Shown: positions 37,182-50,206, numbered from the whole stretch's first letter. The stretch is 63,162 bases of DNA, filler included, from Ionaspis alba (GCA_964255285.1; 20 parts of 20 records of this genome joined end to end with filler, not necessarily neighbours in it), one strand, 5' to 3'. Program-made: numbers and translations. Notes: a model not told the origin generated them from the sequence alone.

Positions 37182-38462
37182 AGCGATCTTTCCTTCTCTC
37201 ACGATTCGAAGGCAACAATTTTTAGGCCTAGATGAATGCCCTCACCGATGCAATATCTTGGGTATGGACTAGTGGCCCATTGCAGTCTCTAATACTCCTG
37301 GATACCAAACGATCCAATGGCTAATCAGTTATAAGCATCTTTGATACGTGCTCAAAATTGATGATGAAGTCTTGGCATTAACCTGATTTCGGCTGAGTTT
37401 CGGAGAAAATTCGAGGCGGCGGTACTACCACAATAGTTGGCGAAACGGATGCCCCAGGGGCTGTTCGTTGATTTCACGTCCTTTAAAACAATGACGGTAG
37501 CCCGGTGAAGCAACTATTGTGGCAATTATGCCTCGGCAACCAATTAACTCCCCGGCCTCGATTGACATTAAGTTAGAAGACAAACACACGGACACGAGGA
37601 CTAGGAATCCTCCGCCTAACACCATAGTCGGCCGTTAAGATCTGTGCACGATTCCTCACCTTTAATTGTGCAACAGACACTACAAGGACTGGTCAGGATG
37701 AAGTTTCCTGGTCTTCATGCCTAGGCCTTCGCATATCGTTCAACAAGTCATGGGAAATACCGTAGGAAGGATCAGTCGCTCAGCTGGGTACAGGCTGGAT
37801 GATATTATGTTATCCAGCATCTCCAGATAGCACAATGGTCTCGGCATGAGTGATGGCCTTCGCAACCCGATCATCCATTTTACCAAAGCATAATGTGCGA
37901 CGGGATAGGCTCCCTTTGCCAAACGCTGGTTTTCGACACGCCGAATGTAAGTTGAGCTTATTTGGGGAATTATTATATAAACAATCATGGAGATAACTCC
38001 TAGATGTTCCCGGGCTCCGACAAGAAATCTTCGGAACAACGCAAGTAATCTGGACATTTCTGCGAGGACAAAGGACGAAAGACAGTCGTCTGCCTTAATG
38101 ACAACGGTGATATCAAGGCCACCCCCACCCAACACAAGCCAAGAACAACACGCTTCTCCCTCGAATTCCCAAACCTCCGGCCTGGAGATGAACCGTGCTT
38201 ATCTCCTGATTCGAAGTGAAGCCGACGGCTTTATCATGAGTCGGCAATAGAGAATTTCACGTCTTCGCATCTGCAGATGATCCTCTTGAATCACACTCGG
38301 GAGTGGGCTTGGTGACACGGTCCTGCAACCAACGAAGGAGCCTCACCAACCCCAACCCATACNNNNNNNNNNNNNNNNNNNNNNNNNNNNNNNNNNNNNN
38401 NNNNNNTTAATTAATTAANNNNNNNNNNNNNNNNNNNNNNNNNNNNNNNNNNNNNNNNNNNN

Positions 38463-38696
38463 GGAGAGGGGATGGAGGGAGGGAAGGGGCGGGCATCGTG
38501 CTTTTCGAGGATGGCGACGGAGGTGTCGTCGCTGTAGAGACAGTTAGAAGAGATATTGAGTAGATGGGTGTGCGGTATCGCACCAGGATGTTTCAATGGC
38601 TAGTGTGAGTAAGGTTCGTAGTTGCAAGGGACGCAACAGTCTCTGGGTGGAGACATGCCACAAGCCTGCATGTTGACCGCATCTCGATATCAGCAT
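38463..38696 (-). CDS. QRI7: Mitochondrial tRNA threonylcarbamoyltransferase Qri7 (Kae1/TsaD family; 3' truncated)
   Basis: Exons 38584-38696 and 38463-38531 splice to LTLAIETSC/DDTSVAIL after an Arg-rich presequence. Confidence 0.85.
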
Positions 38697-39231
38697 CCAA
38701 CTGTACCGTGGTGTCAAAACGATTGTTCTCAACAACCATTCAACTGAAAGGATTAAGAATGGAAATGCGGCTCTTGAAGCTTGAACTCTTTTCCGTTCCG
38801 CCAAGCCCAGATCGGACTGCGGGACAGGGGTAAGCAGGGGAGCAGGGTTAGCTGCGCTGATCCAAGTCTAAAAAAAAATGCTGGCTCGCGTTTTGGGCTT
38901 TCGTGAGATTGCAGGCGGTCTGGTAATTCATCCATTGAACGCTCGACTTCTTGAGTCTTGCATCTTCTTTTTGAAGCTCTTTATAGACCATATAGAATTT
39001 TTGCGCGACTTGGGTTCTCTTGTCAGCCCGTTACAAAGTCCCTTCTAGTGATTTCTTATTTCCGCGAAAGGCAATACAAATTGGGACTTCTTCAATACCC
39101 TCATTCCTGCAGACAGCAATCTTGCCTCTTTCTACCTTCAAACTCTTCTTTCCCGCCAAGAAGTATTCAATTATCGGAGCCTGTTGACAGATATCGAAAA
39201 ACGCTGAATCGTTCGCTCTTCTCTACCCACA

Positions 39232-41462
39232 ATGGCGACCGTGAAGGAGGCGGTGAAGGAGAGTCTCATAGGGACAACCATTGAACCACAACTCTCGTTA
39301 CAAGCTCGAGCGACGTTCAACAAGCATTCAAGAAGAGACGAGGATGGAGAGCCATATATGACAGAGGAAGACTTTGTCGATGCTATTGCCCCAGAATACG
39401 AAGACTACGTGCGTGTGACAAGTCAATGCCTGTCCCCTACCAATAAATGCTAATTTAAATGTCACATTAGCACAAAATAAAGCGAGAACAGTATGCCATA
39501 CTATACCGCGTTGCTGATCGCCGAAGAACCGGACGAGTAACCTTGCACGACTGGGGCACGTTCGAGAATCTCCTCGGCAAGCCAGACGCTGAGTACGAGA
39601 TCGCTTTTCGTCTCTTCGATGAAGACGGTACTGGGACAATCAAATATGATAACTTCCAGAAGCTCTACAATCTTAACAAAGGCAATGACAGCATACCATT
39701 CGATTGGAACTGTGAATGGGCATCTCTCTATATCGGAGGCAAGAAGCGGCGACACGACATGACATATCCTCAATTCTCACAAATGCTACGAGGGCTTCAG
39801 GGCGAACGGATACGGCAAGCCTTCCATCATTTCGATAAAGATGGCGACGGGTATATAGAGCCGGAGGACTTCCAACGCATCATCCTTGAGACTGCAAAGC
39901 ACAAGCTGTCGGATCACTTGCTAGAAAATTTGCATACCCTGTGTAATATTTCTACAGGGAGCAAGATATCATATGCGAATGTCCGAGCATTTCAGAACGT
40001 CATCCGAGAGATGGATTTGGTGGATCTCATCATTCGCAACGCAACACAAAAAAGCGAGGATGGAAAGATCACTCGAACGGATTTCCTGAACGAAGCGGCT
40101 CGGATTACCAGATTCTCACTCTTCACACCTATGGAGGCGGACATCCTCTTCCACTTCGCCGGTCTCGATGCACCATCCGGGAGACTAGCACTTGGCGACT
40201 TCTCCAAGGTCCTCGACGCTTCATGGCAGAGTGCCTACGCACTTGGAGTCGGCGTCACAGAGACAATGGACAAAGCCGTATCCACCACCCGGCGCTATCT
40301 CCACAACGTCCTCGAATCCGTGCACCACTTCGCTCTTGGCAGCATAGCAGGAGCCTTCGGCGCATTCATGGTTTACCCCATCGATCTCGTCAAGACTCGA
40401 ATGCAGAACCAGCGCAGCGCTCGAGTTGGCCAGGTTCTCTACACAAATTCTATTGACTGCGCCAGGAAGGTCATCAAGAACGAAGGCTTCAGAGGCCTCT
40501 ACTCGGGCGTATTGCCACAGTTGATAGGAGTCGCGCCGGAAAAAGCCATCAAGCTTACAGTCAACGACCTCATCCGCGGCCACTTCTCCGAAAAGGACAC
40601 CGGCAAGATCTGGTGGCCACACGAGATCCTTGCCGGTGGAGCAGCAGGAGGTTGTCAAGTGGTACGTCTCCTTCACCAGGAGACTCTCTTTCTCATTGCT
40701 GATTGATATCTCTAGGTCTTCACCAACCCCCTCGAAATCGTCAAAATCCGCCTCCAAGTCCAAGGCGAAGTCGCCAAAACCGTCGAAGGCGTCCCGCGAC
40801 GCTCCGCAATGTGGATCGTGCGGAACCTCGGTCTCATGGGTCTGTACAAAGGCGCCTCGGCCTGCCTCCTCCGCGACGTCCCATTCTCAGCAATCTACTT
40901 CCCCACCTACAACCACCTAAAGCGAGACCTATTCGGCGAAAGCCCGACCAAGAAACTCGGCGTCCTACACTTGCTGACCGCAGGCGCTATCGCCGGTATG
41001 CCGGCCGCGTATCTGACGACGCCGTGCGATGTCATCAAGACGCGGTTGCAGGTTGAGGCGAGGAAGGGCGAGACGAAGTACACCTCGCTGAGGCACTGTG
41101 CGAGGACGATCTATGCGGAGGAAGGTTTCAAGGCGTTTTTCAAGGGCGGGCCGGCGAGGATCCTGAGGTCAAGCCCACAGTTTGGCTTTACGCTCGCGGC
41201 GTATGAGGTTTTGCAGAAAGCGCTACCGATGCCGGGGAGTGCGGCCGCGGCGGGAGATGCGGTGGGTCCGAGTGCGATGGGCCATACGGAGCCGGGAATT
41301 GGATTGAGAGAGGCGAAGGCGCCGTTGCCGTATTTGAGGAGTCGGAATGCGTTGAAGATTATTTTGGATCTGGATGAGAGTTTTGGGATTAGGAAGAAAG
41401 GGTTGGGTGGAGTGGGGTGGATACCGTTGCCGGGCTTGAGGGGGTCAGCTGGGGATCGGTAG
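39232..41462 (+). CDS. AGC1: Mitochondrial aspartate/glutamate carrier with EF-hands (aralar/citrin-like), 3 exons
   Basis: Exons 39232-39408, 39471-40661, 40716-41462. EF-hands FDEDGTG and FDKDGDGYI. Carrier signatures [33 protein letters not shown]. Confidence 0.96.
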
Positions 41463-41628
41463 AAGACTAACTGGAGATGGGAGGTAAGGTNNNNNNNNNN
41501 NNNNNNNNNNNNNNNNNNNNNNNNNNNNNNNNNNTTAATTAATTAANNNNNNNNNNNNNNNNNNNNNNNNNNNNNNNNNNNNNNNNNNNNCACCAACTCG
41601 AACCCACTAATATTGAACCAACCCACAG

Positions 41629-42396
41629 CACCATCTACATTTTCCTCCCAGGTAACGCCCCCGTAGCCGCGTCACCTGCTCCAACACCAGGAGGCGAAGT
41701 ACAGCGCGGCAAGCATCACCGCGACCTACGAGACCTCCACCGTGGGCGAAACCTTACGGTGTGGCCGCGATCTCGAGTGCTTGCTCCTGTCTCTCAATCC
41801 CAGTATCAACAGTAACGGCCATAGCAACAGCGACAGCTGCGGATATCACGGTGACAAACACGCCGGCAGTGGTGACCAAGACCGTTTATCGTAAGAGTGC
41901 CAGCACTCGCCTCCGTTCATCATCTCGCTGACTCCGTTTTCCATCCAGCCCGCGCAACCGACGCCACCGGTGCACTCCCCTCTCCCGGTCCAGCGTAAGT
42001 CCTATATCCATCATCATCCCAAAAATCCACAATCCCTATCCCCACCTCACAAGAACTAACGCCCCACCCAGCTACGGCGACTACACCACTACCAACGACC
42101 TCGGCCTTCAAAATTCCATCTTCTACCTCAATACGCCCCGAGGCACATCCGCAGTCTCGTGCTGCAACGCTTGTTTCTTCGAGCTCGCCAGCTGCGTGCA
42201 GGCGTATTTCTATTCTTACCAGGGATGCGTGGTCTCGCAAGCGACTGCGGGAAAAGGCGATGGGGTTGGGGCCGGCAGTTCGAGCTGTCCGGCTGGGAGG
42301 CTGTTGGGGTTGTCGTATGGACCGGATGTGAGTCCGGCGTTTAGGAGTACGGGGAATATTGCCGGGCCGTGTGGGCAGGTGTATTCGCAGTTGTAG
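41629..42396 (+). CDS. 3' exons of a Cys-rich, Thr-rich, probably secreted or cell-wall protein (5' truncated)
   Basis: Exons 41629-41890, 41949-41994, 42072-42396 join in frame. ISSACSCL, a T-rich linker, then SCCNACF...C...C...C...GPC. Confidence 0.72.
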
Positions 42397-42540
42397 GTGA
42401 GAGGGATGCGGAGGGGATGTGCGCAGAAGAAGTCATAGAGAGTGGTCATGATCGTTGGAATACCACAAGATAATGTCAGAGTTATTGACCACGTGCTTCC
42501 AACCTACTGTAGGTTTGTTATTCAGGTTTGAACCATATAA

Positions 42541-44616
42541 TTATGCTTTACCTTTCCTCCTCGGCCTCGCAGTCTTCTCCCTCCTCTTCTCCTTCACCTT
42601 CCTCTCCCTCCTCACATCCTCCGCCCCCTTAATCTCACTCTTCGCCTTCCCATCCCTAAACCTACCTACCCTTTTTTCCTTCGCCGCCTCCACCATCTTC
42701 CGCTTCTTATAGAAATCATCCCGATACCTATCCGCCTCCTTCGGCGCCTTCTCAAGCTTATGCTTCCACCTCTTCCCCTCCATCCCAGCCCCACACTTAC
42801 CCTTGACCTCATTCTCCCCCACCCGAGGCAACCTGTCAATGCGATTCTCCCGCCTCCACCTATCGAACCTCCCGCTCCGGAAACTCGCTGCTATTTTGCC
42901 CCCGCTTTCGCCACGAACCATCTTCGCGCCTTTACTCCCATCTTCGTCGTTGGCACGCGCAACATACTTCTTCGCTTTCTTGTCCCAGCGGAGTCCCCGC
43001 GCTTTGCTGGGTTCGGCAAATGCCTTGACACCGTCGTCGGTGGTGAGATCCATGGTTGCGTACCGGGCTGCGGAGACGAAATTGGAGGCTTGGGAGGCGG
43101 TGGCGTAGGAGCCGGTGTGCACGCCGTAGCCGCGGTCTTCGGCGAGGTTGAGGGCGGTGGGGGTGTAGGACATGAAGTTTGAGGGATCTTGGAGTGTTGC
43201 GCGGTGGCGTTTGGAGGGCCCGGTAGGTTGAGAGAAGGTGACCTCGAGGTCATCTTCGCTGGCGGAACCCATGTCTGCGTCGATTGTGATGTTGGGTTTG
43301 GAGTCTGATTCGGCGTCTGAGATGAGCTCGGGTTGAGACTGCGGTGGCCTCTTCGGACCATCTCCACTTTTGTTGTCTATTCTCGTCTGATCTAGTTTTC
43401 GTCGCTTGGCTCCAATAGCACTTCTTCTCTTCTTCATGATCTCCGCTGCTTCTCCTTGAGCACCTCGTTTGCCTACCTCGAACACAGTCTCTTGTGGTCT
43501 GAAACCACTCACACGTGCTAACATCTTTTCTCTTTCGGCTTCAGCATGATCTGCATCATCGTTGAATAGCGGATGTAATTCCATCCAGCTTGGCGATGTT
43601 ACGACATCCTTGGCTCGCTTTGCGCTCTCACTCGATGCCGAGTTTCGAGTTCTCAAGTAAAGCTTTTCACCTTTTCCTGCAACAGCTCTAAGCATTGCAA
43701 GGTCACCTTCTCCATCAAGGAGCTTTGTAACCCATTCGCAGCTCCGCTCTTGACGATCCCTTACCAAGCTACCAACCACGACGTCCTCCACGTAGTTGGC
43801 TCCCTCACTATTTGCGCGTCCAAGTACGAGTCGTTTACCTAGGAACAGTTGCAAGTCCAGAAGATATGGGGCATCAGATTCGCGGACAAGGCTGTAGCTC
43901 CAACCCCTTTGACCAGCTCGTGCGGTTCTGCCTACGCGATGAACGAAGATTTTGGGTTGGGCGGGAAAGTCGTAGTTGATCACATTTGCCAATATAGGAA
44001 TATCTATTCCCCTCGCTGCGACATCCGTCACGACTAGGATGTTGGTCATGCCGGTCCGGAAGTCTTGCACCTGCGTCTTCCTAGCTGTTTGATCCAAGGA
44101 GCCATAGACGTGGGAGACCGCAAAGCCAGAGAGGCGCAATAGAGTAGCAAGATAGTCAACATGATGCTTAGTGGCCGCGAAAATGATTGTCGAATGTTCT
44201 GTCGGCGATTCGTGAGGCTTGGTACCATCTACCTCGCCGTGTTTCCTCTTTTTGCTCTTCTTAGAAGCTTCTTCCTTGGCTCGGATTGCCGCTTCCGTCT
44301 GTCCAGCGGGTATATTGATGACGTCCTGCAAGATGTGCAACAGAGCCCCCTCTTTTTCTGCACTTTTGACGGAGAAAAAAGCACTCTGGAGATCTGGGGA
44401 GATCTTGCTCTCGGCATCCAGTCTTACCAAGCTCGGTTCTTGTAGCCCAGCTCTGGCAAACTCGACAAGGGATTTTGGCAGTGTTGCGGAGAATAGTAAT
44501 GTCTGTCTTGATTGAGGAAGAGCGTGAAGAATCTCCGTCAATTGTGCTGCAAATCCCATCTCAAACAGTCGGTCGGCCTCGTCGAAGACAACGTAGCGTA
44601 TAGATGAGAGATCCAG
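42541..44616 (-). CDS. DBP10: DEAD-box RNA helicase Dbp10 (5' truncated)
   Basis: [38 protein letters not shown], and C-terminal RWDKK.KKYV...ESG.KI.ASF.SGRFD.W. Confidence 0.96.
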   Translation of the reverse strand: MDLSSIRYVVFDEADRLFEMGFAAQLTEILHALPQSRQTLLFSATLPKSLVEFARAGLQEPSLVRLDAESKISPDLQSAFFSVKSAEKEGALLHILQDVINIPAGQTEAAIRAKEEASKKSKKRKHGEVDGTKPHESPTEHSTIIFAATKHHVDYLATLLRLSGFAVSHVYGSLDQTARKTQVQDFRTGMTNILVVTDVAARGIDIPILANVINYDFPAQPKIFVHRVGRTARAGQRGWSYSLVRESDAPYLLDLQLFLGKRLVLGRANSEGANYVEDVVVGSLVRDRQERSCEWVTKLLDGEGDLAMLRAVAGKGEKLYLRTRNSASSESAKRAKDVVTSPSWMELHPLFNDDADHAEAEREKMLARVSGFRPQETVFEVGKRGAQGEAAEIMKKRRSAIGAKRRKLDQTRIDNKSGDGPKRPPQSQPELISDAESDSKPNITIDADMGSASEDDLEVTFSQPTGPSKRHRATLQDPSNFMSYTPTALNLAEDRGYGVHTGSYATASQASNFVSAARYATMDLTTDDGVKAFAEPSKARGLRWDKKAKKYVARANDEDGSKGAKMVRGESGGKIAASFRSGRFDRWRRENRIDRLPRVGENEVKGKCGAGMEGKRWKHKLEKAPKEADRYRDDFYKKRKMVEAAKEKRVGRFRDGKAKSEIKGAEDVRRERKVKEKRREKTARPRRKGKA

Positions 44617-44716
44617 NNNNNNNNNNNNNNNNNNNNNNNNNNNNNNNNNNNNNNNNNNNNTTAATTAATTAANNNNNNNNNNNNNNNNNNNNNNNNNNNN
44701 NNNNNNNNNNNNNNNN

Positions 44717-45041
44717 CTGCTTTGATGACTTGGAGGGCTTCTTGGAAGCATTGGTATGGGAGGTGCTCGAAGGGGATGTTTGAGGTGCTTTGGAGGGCGG
44801 CTCGTCGTCTTCGGGATCCGATGGGTTGGACACCGGTTCGAATGAGCTTGCGCTCTTCACGGCGGGTGCTTACGAGGTTTGGGTCGAGAAGGGGGGGAAC
44901 GAAGCTGGTTGGCTGAGTGGTGCTTGTCAATTCTTCGAGGCGGATTGTGGATGTTGCGAATGTCCGAATTGCGGGTGTGCAACGAAAGCTTTGGCGTAAG
45001 CAGCGTATAGTAGGCTTGATATTGTACGTAGGACTAGACAT
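44717..45041 (-). CDS. MRPL35: Mitochondrial ribosomal protein mL38/YmL35 N-terminus (3' truncated)
   Basis: Presequence followed by PIGSRRRRAAL...IPFEHLPYQCFQEA. Confidence 0.85.
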
Positions 45042-45416
45042 TACTGGTGGGCTTTGTGGTTGCGATGGCCGTACTGCTACTTACATCGATTGAAGTTTGG
45101 GAATTTTGCCAAGACAAAGCCTTGAAGCAGGAAGCTGTCTTCGAGGGAGCTTGTGTACATGTGGTTAGGAGAAGGCAATCCTTAGGGCAACAACATCCAA
45201 TGTCTAAGCGTCGAATTGTATAGATGGTTCAGGCAACAACCTTTCATCTCAGGTACAAGGCTCACGACTCTATATGATTATCTCTACATATATTCTGAGA
45301 CGAAGCTCTTATATATATTAGCATGAATTGATCATCTACACTCTATCAAGCGCTACAGAGCTTCGGGTCGCAAGGCTAGGGACACATTTGACATTTTAGT
45401 CGCACCATTTTCGAGA

Positions 45417-47591
45417 ATGAGCAAGATGCAGATCGCAGCGTCATGGACGATCACTCAGACAGCGACCGACCTGGTGGGAGTATCAAAGGGGATCCTGGAA
45501 GCAGCGACAAGTGACAACGTGCAACCCATTGCCCTGCTTGCCGCTGAGAAGTTCGGAGCAACTCTCGCCATGTCATTGGAGACTTGCCGGAAGGTGGAGA
45601 TGCTGTGCTCTCAATCCCATCAGTCGACCGTCATCAATACGTTGAAGGCCTACGTGGGCTACAAGAAAGGAGATAGTGGTTGGCAGCTGGCCCAAAGCGA
45701 CTCCGGGGTGCGTTTCCTCGGGCTAGTGGCGTGTCTCCTTACCATGGATCATTGGATTGCGGCTGGAGCTCTCAGTGAGTTGATCACGGAGACAGCGACG
45801 GATCGAACTATTCTGCCGACTGTTCATCAGCTGAAACAGCTCATGCATGCCCTGGACTATAGGTTAGCAAGATCGGGCTTTGCCGATACTGTTCTGGGGT
45901 ATGGGATCTGGCTGGATCACCATGTCCAAAAGGTTACTATCTCGACGCCATCGCCGTCGAAGAAAGTTGTTGTAGAGCTTGTCAAGGCTATGTCAAGCCT
46001 TGGCCGGCTAGGAGAAAACCGGAGAATGCGTGTGCGAGTTCCCGAGAAACAAGCTCCGTGGATAATTGCCTTTGTCAAATACTCCTTTGGATTACCACCC
46101 TCAGTTTTCCTGGGAGACGAACATCTTTTAGTCCAGGCCGACTCCCCAATATCAATCAATGTTGTCGCTGAAGCAAAGAACAATGACATTGAAATTGTTT
46201 TCCTTGACGAGCTTGGAGACATTTCGGAACTGCTGGCTGACCTTCCGGATGGCATGAAAGAAATGAAAGGCATGATAAGCGTAAGAACCTATGCGCAGAA
46301 GATCCTCCAATACGTAGGTGTCGAATCCAGTATACAGTACCGGGCCTGTCTGGAGATCTTTCCCTACGGATGTTATATCGTTCTCAGGGACCCGCAAATC
46401 AAGAGTGATAACATTTTCAAGGTTATGGCCCCGCAGCCCAGCTTTAAAATCCGTATATTCGAGGTTGATGCTGTTCTTGGTTCGATTTTCCCTGCTGCAG
46501 ATGAGGTCTCGCAGACACTCGCGGAATTTCTTGGTTCAGAGCGTCCAGTGCCTTTAAAGCCACTTCCTGAAGGATCTAAGATCGAAAGTCTCCCCACGGT
46601 GGTTGCGGCGCGTAGGCTAATCTGCTCAACGTGCCCTTGCGAAAAGTGTCTTCCAACGAGCAACAATCAGTACAACAAGTGCAAATTCGATGAATTTCTG
46701 CTATATGTGAGTTACTGTATCGTACGAATTCTCACCATTAGTCTGCTCGTCCCAGGAGATCCTGAGGGTGTTTTGGTACGCTGGAGATATTCTTCACACC
46801 CTGATATTAATGACCCATCCACAGTTGGAGTGCTCAGATGCCTCATGGAGAAGCAAGCGCCGAATTTTTCAATATACAAGTTTATCGGATTGACAAAGGA
46901 CCTGCTGGATCACAAATTCTCTCTTGACGTAGCAGATACATGGATTATGAGCTCCTACCACGGACAAACGATCTTTCCCCAGCTCCTTGAAAGTCGCGTT
47001 CCACGGAAGACAGGAATTCTCCGGATGGTATGTGCTTCTGGATCTCTTTACTACAAAGGCGAGCCACACAAGCTCGTCGTGGGGGCGGGCGACGACATCA
47101 ATATGAGCAAGGAAGACAGTATGAACTCACACGAAGAAGAAATACAGCAATCCAGCTCTGAAGCACCTTGGCTGCCTCTCATCCCCACAGATGCCTATCA
47201 AGGATGTAAACTAATATGGCAAATTCATATCATGAAAAATCGTTTGCACTTGTCCGTAAGCGCGACATCCTGGCAGCACAGCTTAAGTCGGAATCCAATA
47301 AGAGCTCTTTCAGCAGCATCGCAGTCGATTTTCGTGGACTGCAATCACGATCGCATGGCTGAAGCAAGTATAAATGGTACCAGTCCAAAGCTATACAGAA
47401 CTTCGCCTAGAAGGCCTACTCCTAAAGTTATTGCTAAATGGGGCATTGGGCTTGTTCAGAGCAACGAGAATGAGCTGATGAGGTTCTTCTCGTTGACATA
47501 TGGTACGCCTGGCGTGATCAGAGGAGACGCATGTTTGGATTGTTGTTACCAAGTATGTCGGATCTTAGATCGGCGGTTCATCATTTGCTAG
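45417..47591 (+). CDS. Uncharacterised 724-aa intronless protein; homolog of 3744-6014
   Basis: Long ATG-to-stop ORF. AATSDNVQPIALLAAEKFG motif. Cys clusters CSTCPCEKC and CLDCC. Confidence 0.87.
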   Translation: MSKMQIAASWTITQTATDLVGVSKGILEAATSDNVQPIALLAAEKFGATLAMSLETCRKVEMLCSQSHQSTVINTLKAYVGYKKGDSGWQLAQSDSGVRFLGLVACLLTMDHWIAAGALSELITETATDRTILPTVHQLKQLMHALDYRLARSGFADTVLGYGIWLDHHVQKVTISTPSPSKKVVVELVKAMSSLGRLGENRRMRVRVPEKQAPWIIAFVKYSFGLPPSVFLGDEHLLVQADSPISINVVAEAKNNDIEIVFLDELGDISELLADLPDGMKEMKGMISVRTYAQKILQYVGVESSIQYRACLEIFPYGCYIVLRDPQIKSDNIFKVMAPQPSFKIRIFEVDAVLGSIFPAADEVSQTLAEFLGSERPVPLKPLPEGSKIESLPTVVAARRLICSTCPCEKCLPTSNNQYNKCKFDEFLLYVSYCIVRILTISLLVPGDPEGVLVRWRYSSHPDINDPSTVGVLRCLMEKQAPNFSIYKFIGLTKDLLDHKFSLDVADTWIMSSYHGQTIFPQLLESRVPRKTGILRMVCASGSLYYKGEPHKLVVGAGDDINMSKEDSMNSHEEEIQQSSSEAPWLPLIPTDAYQGCKLIWQIHIMKNRLHLSVSATSWQHSLSRNPIRALSAASQSIFVDCNHDRMAEASINGTSPKLYRTSPRRPTPKVIAKWGIGLVQSNENELMRFFSLTYGTPGVIRGDACLDCCYQVCRILDRRFIIC

Positions 47592-47835
47592 ATAGCAGGT
47601 TCTGAGCGATGTTTGAGATCGTATTCTGGCCATCGCCTACTTCGAACCGCATACCTCAAAAGCTGCCACGCCGAGGTTTCGTTGATAGGCTCCAGAACCA
47701 AAAGTTTGACTAGATGAAGGGATAGACGGCGAGGCNNNNNNNNNNNNNNNNNNNNNNNNNNNNNNNNNNNNNNNNNNNNTTAATTAATTAANNNNNNNNN
47801 NNNNNNNNNNNNNNNNNNNNNNNNNNNNNNNNNNN

Positions 47836-50206
47836 GTGGCGAGGATTACAAGCTGTGCGCCGCACTACATCTCAGAGCCTGGAGTCAGTTATCCAAAGCA
47901 TGGCGGAAACTTCCAAGCGCAAAATCGAGAGTGAGATCCGACTCAGCAACCTTTATGAATCATGGCTCTTTGCGTTGGGAAGCCGCCAGGTTGTCCATGA
48001 CCAAGAACTCGAACGCCAAATTACTCGTAGCAAAGCACTTAGGGACAAGATGTGGTTTGCATCTGAAGTCAGACATTCCTCTACCTACGAAGATGCCCTC
48101 AACGTCATTCGTGCCTTGAAAGCTATGTCGAAAACGACACAATCCAAAGCCACGGGTGTGACAGCTTGGGCTCGACAACGGCTAAGGAATTCGCTTGGCT
48201 CCGACCGAGCCCAAGCCCAGACTCTTGAAGCACTAGCGGCGCACAAAGACCACGGCGGACCCGGAAAGTTGAGCGATAAACAAGTTGAGCTAACGTCGAG
48301 ATGGCTCACTCGCCAGAGTATTGAGAATTTCTGCACTGGCGAAGAACGAATCCATCGCTTTGCTTTGGAGGTACAGAAATGCACAAATCGATTGGTTGGT
48401 GAGACTCTGCTTGATAGTCCGGTCCTATGGTCTAGCAAGTTGTACCAGCAGGAGAAGCAGGGACTGGGTCGTGATAACGGTTCGGCCGGCTTACAAGGCA
48501 TCTACGATCAAGATTTCGGCAGGAGAGACCCAATGAATCGTCCTCCTGGTCTCCATGACTCCGGATTCATGAATGGTTCTGGTTCTGGACCACAGTGGGC
48601 TCACGCTGGATTTCCCCACTCTATGAACGAGCCCAGAGGGCCACCGTATCCACCCCGGAATGGGACGAGCTTACACATTGACTCACCAAGAGATTTACTG
48701 GTTACAACGTGGGCATCGCAAGACATGGACATAGCTACCACTCTTCCTCGAGGTTGGCGCGCACCACCAAGCCCTATCTCGCCTACCAGTCCAATGTCGA
48801 CGCGACGACTAAGCAACTCTACATCGTCCGCAAAAGGTCGATTTCTTGAGCGACTCAAAAGGACTGTGCGGAGTCTTCTCTTGAGTGATCTAGGATTCAC
48901 TTTGTGGAACGACGGTAGCGAGACAGATCGATGGGTTTCGAATGCTTTGTTGGAGGACCAAATGAATATCACAACTAGACCTCGATCGATTTCTGTTGCA
49001 CTTCAAAACACGGTCCAAAATCTAGAATTGAACGAGCACGAGAACAAGTCCAGTCCTACACTTCGACCGATATTTGGACCCGCAGATATACCAGAAGCTG
49101 GCAGAAGCCGGGAGGTCGATAGTGAAAGTCATCCGCCTCTACCATGCAATACTCTGGGTCTTCAAGAAAGCCAACCCTCCTTCCATTACATCGAGGGTTA
49201 CAAGAAACTTCTTAGTAAATTCACTCTGTCGTGCGACCCGCACTCGAAGTTGAAAGCTCTCTATGATCTTACCCGACTTGCTGCTGCCTCTCAAATTTCT
49301 GAACCAGAGGTTAGAGACCATCGGAATGACTCACCTCCTGAGAATCGTCAACAGGCAGCCAGTGCCCAAAACAATTCAGGAATTCGAGGCGTTGGAGTGC
49401 CAAGAACAAGGCTGACACGATTGGAGGAGGTCATGGCCAATTGTGAAGAACGACGGCTGGTTAGCGTCAAATCTCATAGTCTCAGCGGAAACCTATTGTT
49501 CAACGCTTCGTCGAGTATCAATTCACCACCAGAGGCCGATGCTGAGTCCAACATGCCTTCCGTTCTTCAAGAAATTCTGCGTGATCCTGCTCTTTGCCCA
49601 CAAACTTTGTTCCGAGACCTTCAATATATTGCAACCTTCGTCCCTTCCTCAATCTTGGATCACACGCCCGAAGGCACCGCTTTCTGGACATTCAGTCTTG
49701 CTGCAGTCTCTTTGAAGTCCGACATCTGCAAATCGCTGACTCATCGAGCCAACGAAATCGTGGCATATCACTATGAGAAGCCCGCAACCAGGAACCAAAT
49801 TGAGCCTACAGCCGAGCCCTCCAATACGCACACATCAGATACTCTCCAGAATTTGAAAATCGACCATAACTCAGCACTCCAAACCACCACCCTCGACGAC
49901 GCCGCCCGCCTCTACATCATCTCCGCTCTCGAAGGCGATCCCACCGCCGCCCGCGAGCTCGCTCTCTTCTACCTCATGCCTCCTGAGGGCTTGCCCAGAG
50001 TTACGCTACCGCTGTCTAGAGCTGGAGATGTGTTCCGACCACAAATGGTGGGCCGAGGAGGTGTGGCTGAGAGGCAGCAGGGCAATGGGCTTGATCCGCA
50101 TACTTTTGCTTTAGCCTTTCATTGGATGGAATTTGCGGCGAATGCCGGCGATGTGGATGCGAAGACTTTTTTGAAGAATAATGGTGATTTGGGGAGGGGG
50201 TGGTGA
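47836..50206 (+). CDS. C-terminal ~790 aa of a fungal protein with a possible VPS9-like helical region and Sel1-like end (5' truncated)
   Basis: Long open frame. DPHSKLKALY, LFRDLQYIA.FVP, EGDPTAARELALFY, AFHWMEFAANAGD.DAK. Domain labels are tentative. Confidence 0.55.

Noticed and set aside
37400..38362. Short ORFs upstream of ATP12 (similarly 10000-11400, 16222-17200, 57129-58100, 60199-60500)
   Set aside because: No motifs, codon bias or coherent exon chain. Treated as intergenic or unresolved.
35975..45041. Apparent mitochondrial gene cluster (ATP12, QRI7, AGC1, MRPL35)
   Set aside because: Only QRI7 and AGC1 share a contig. The rest are separated by spacers.
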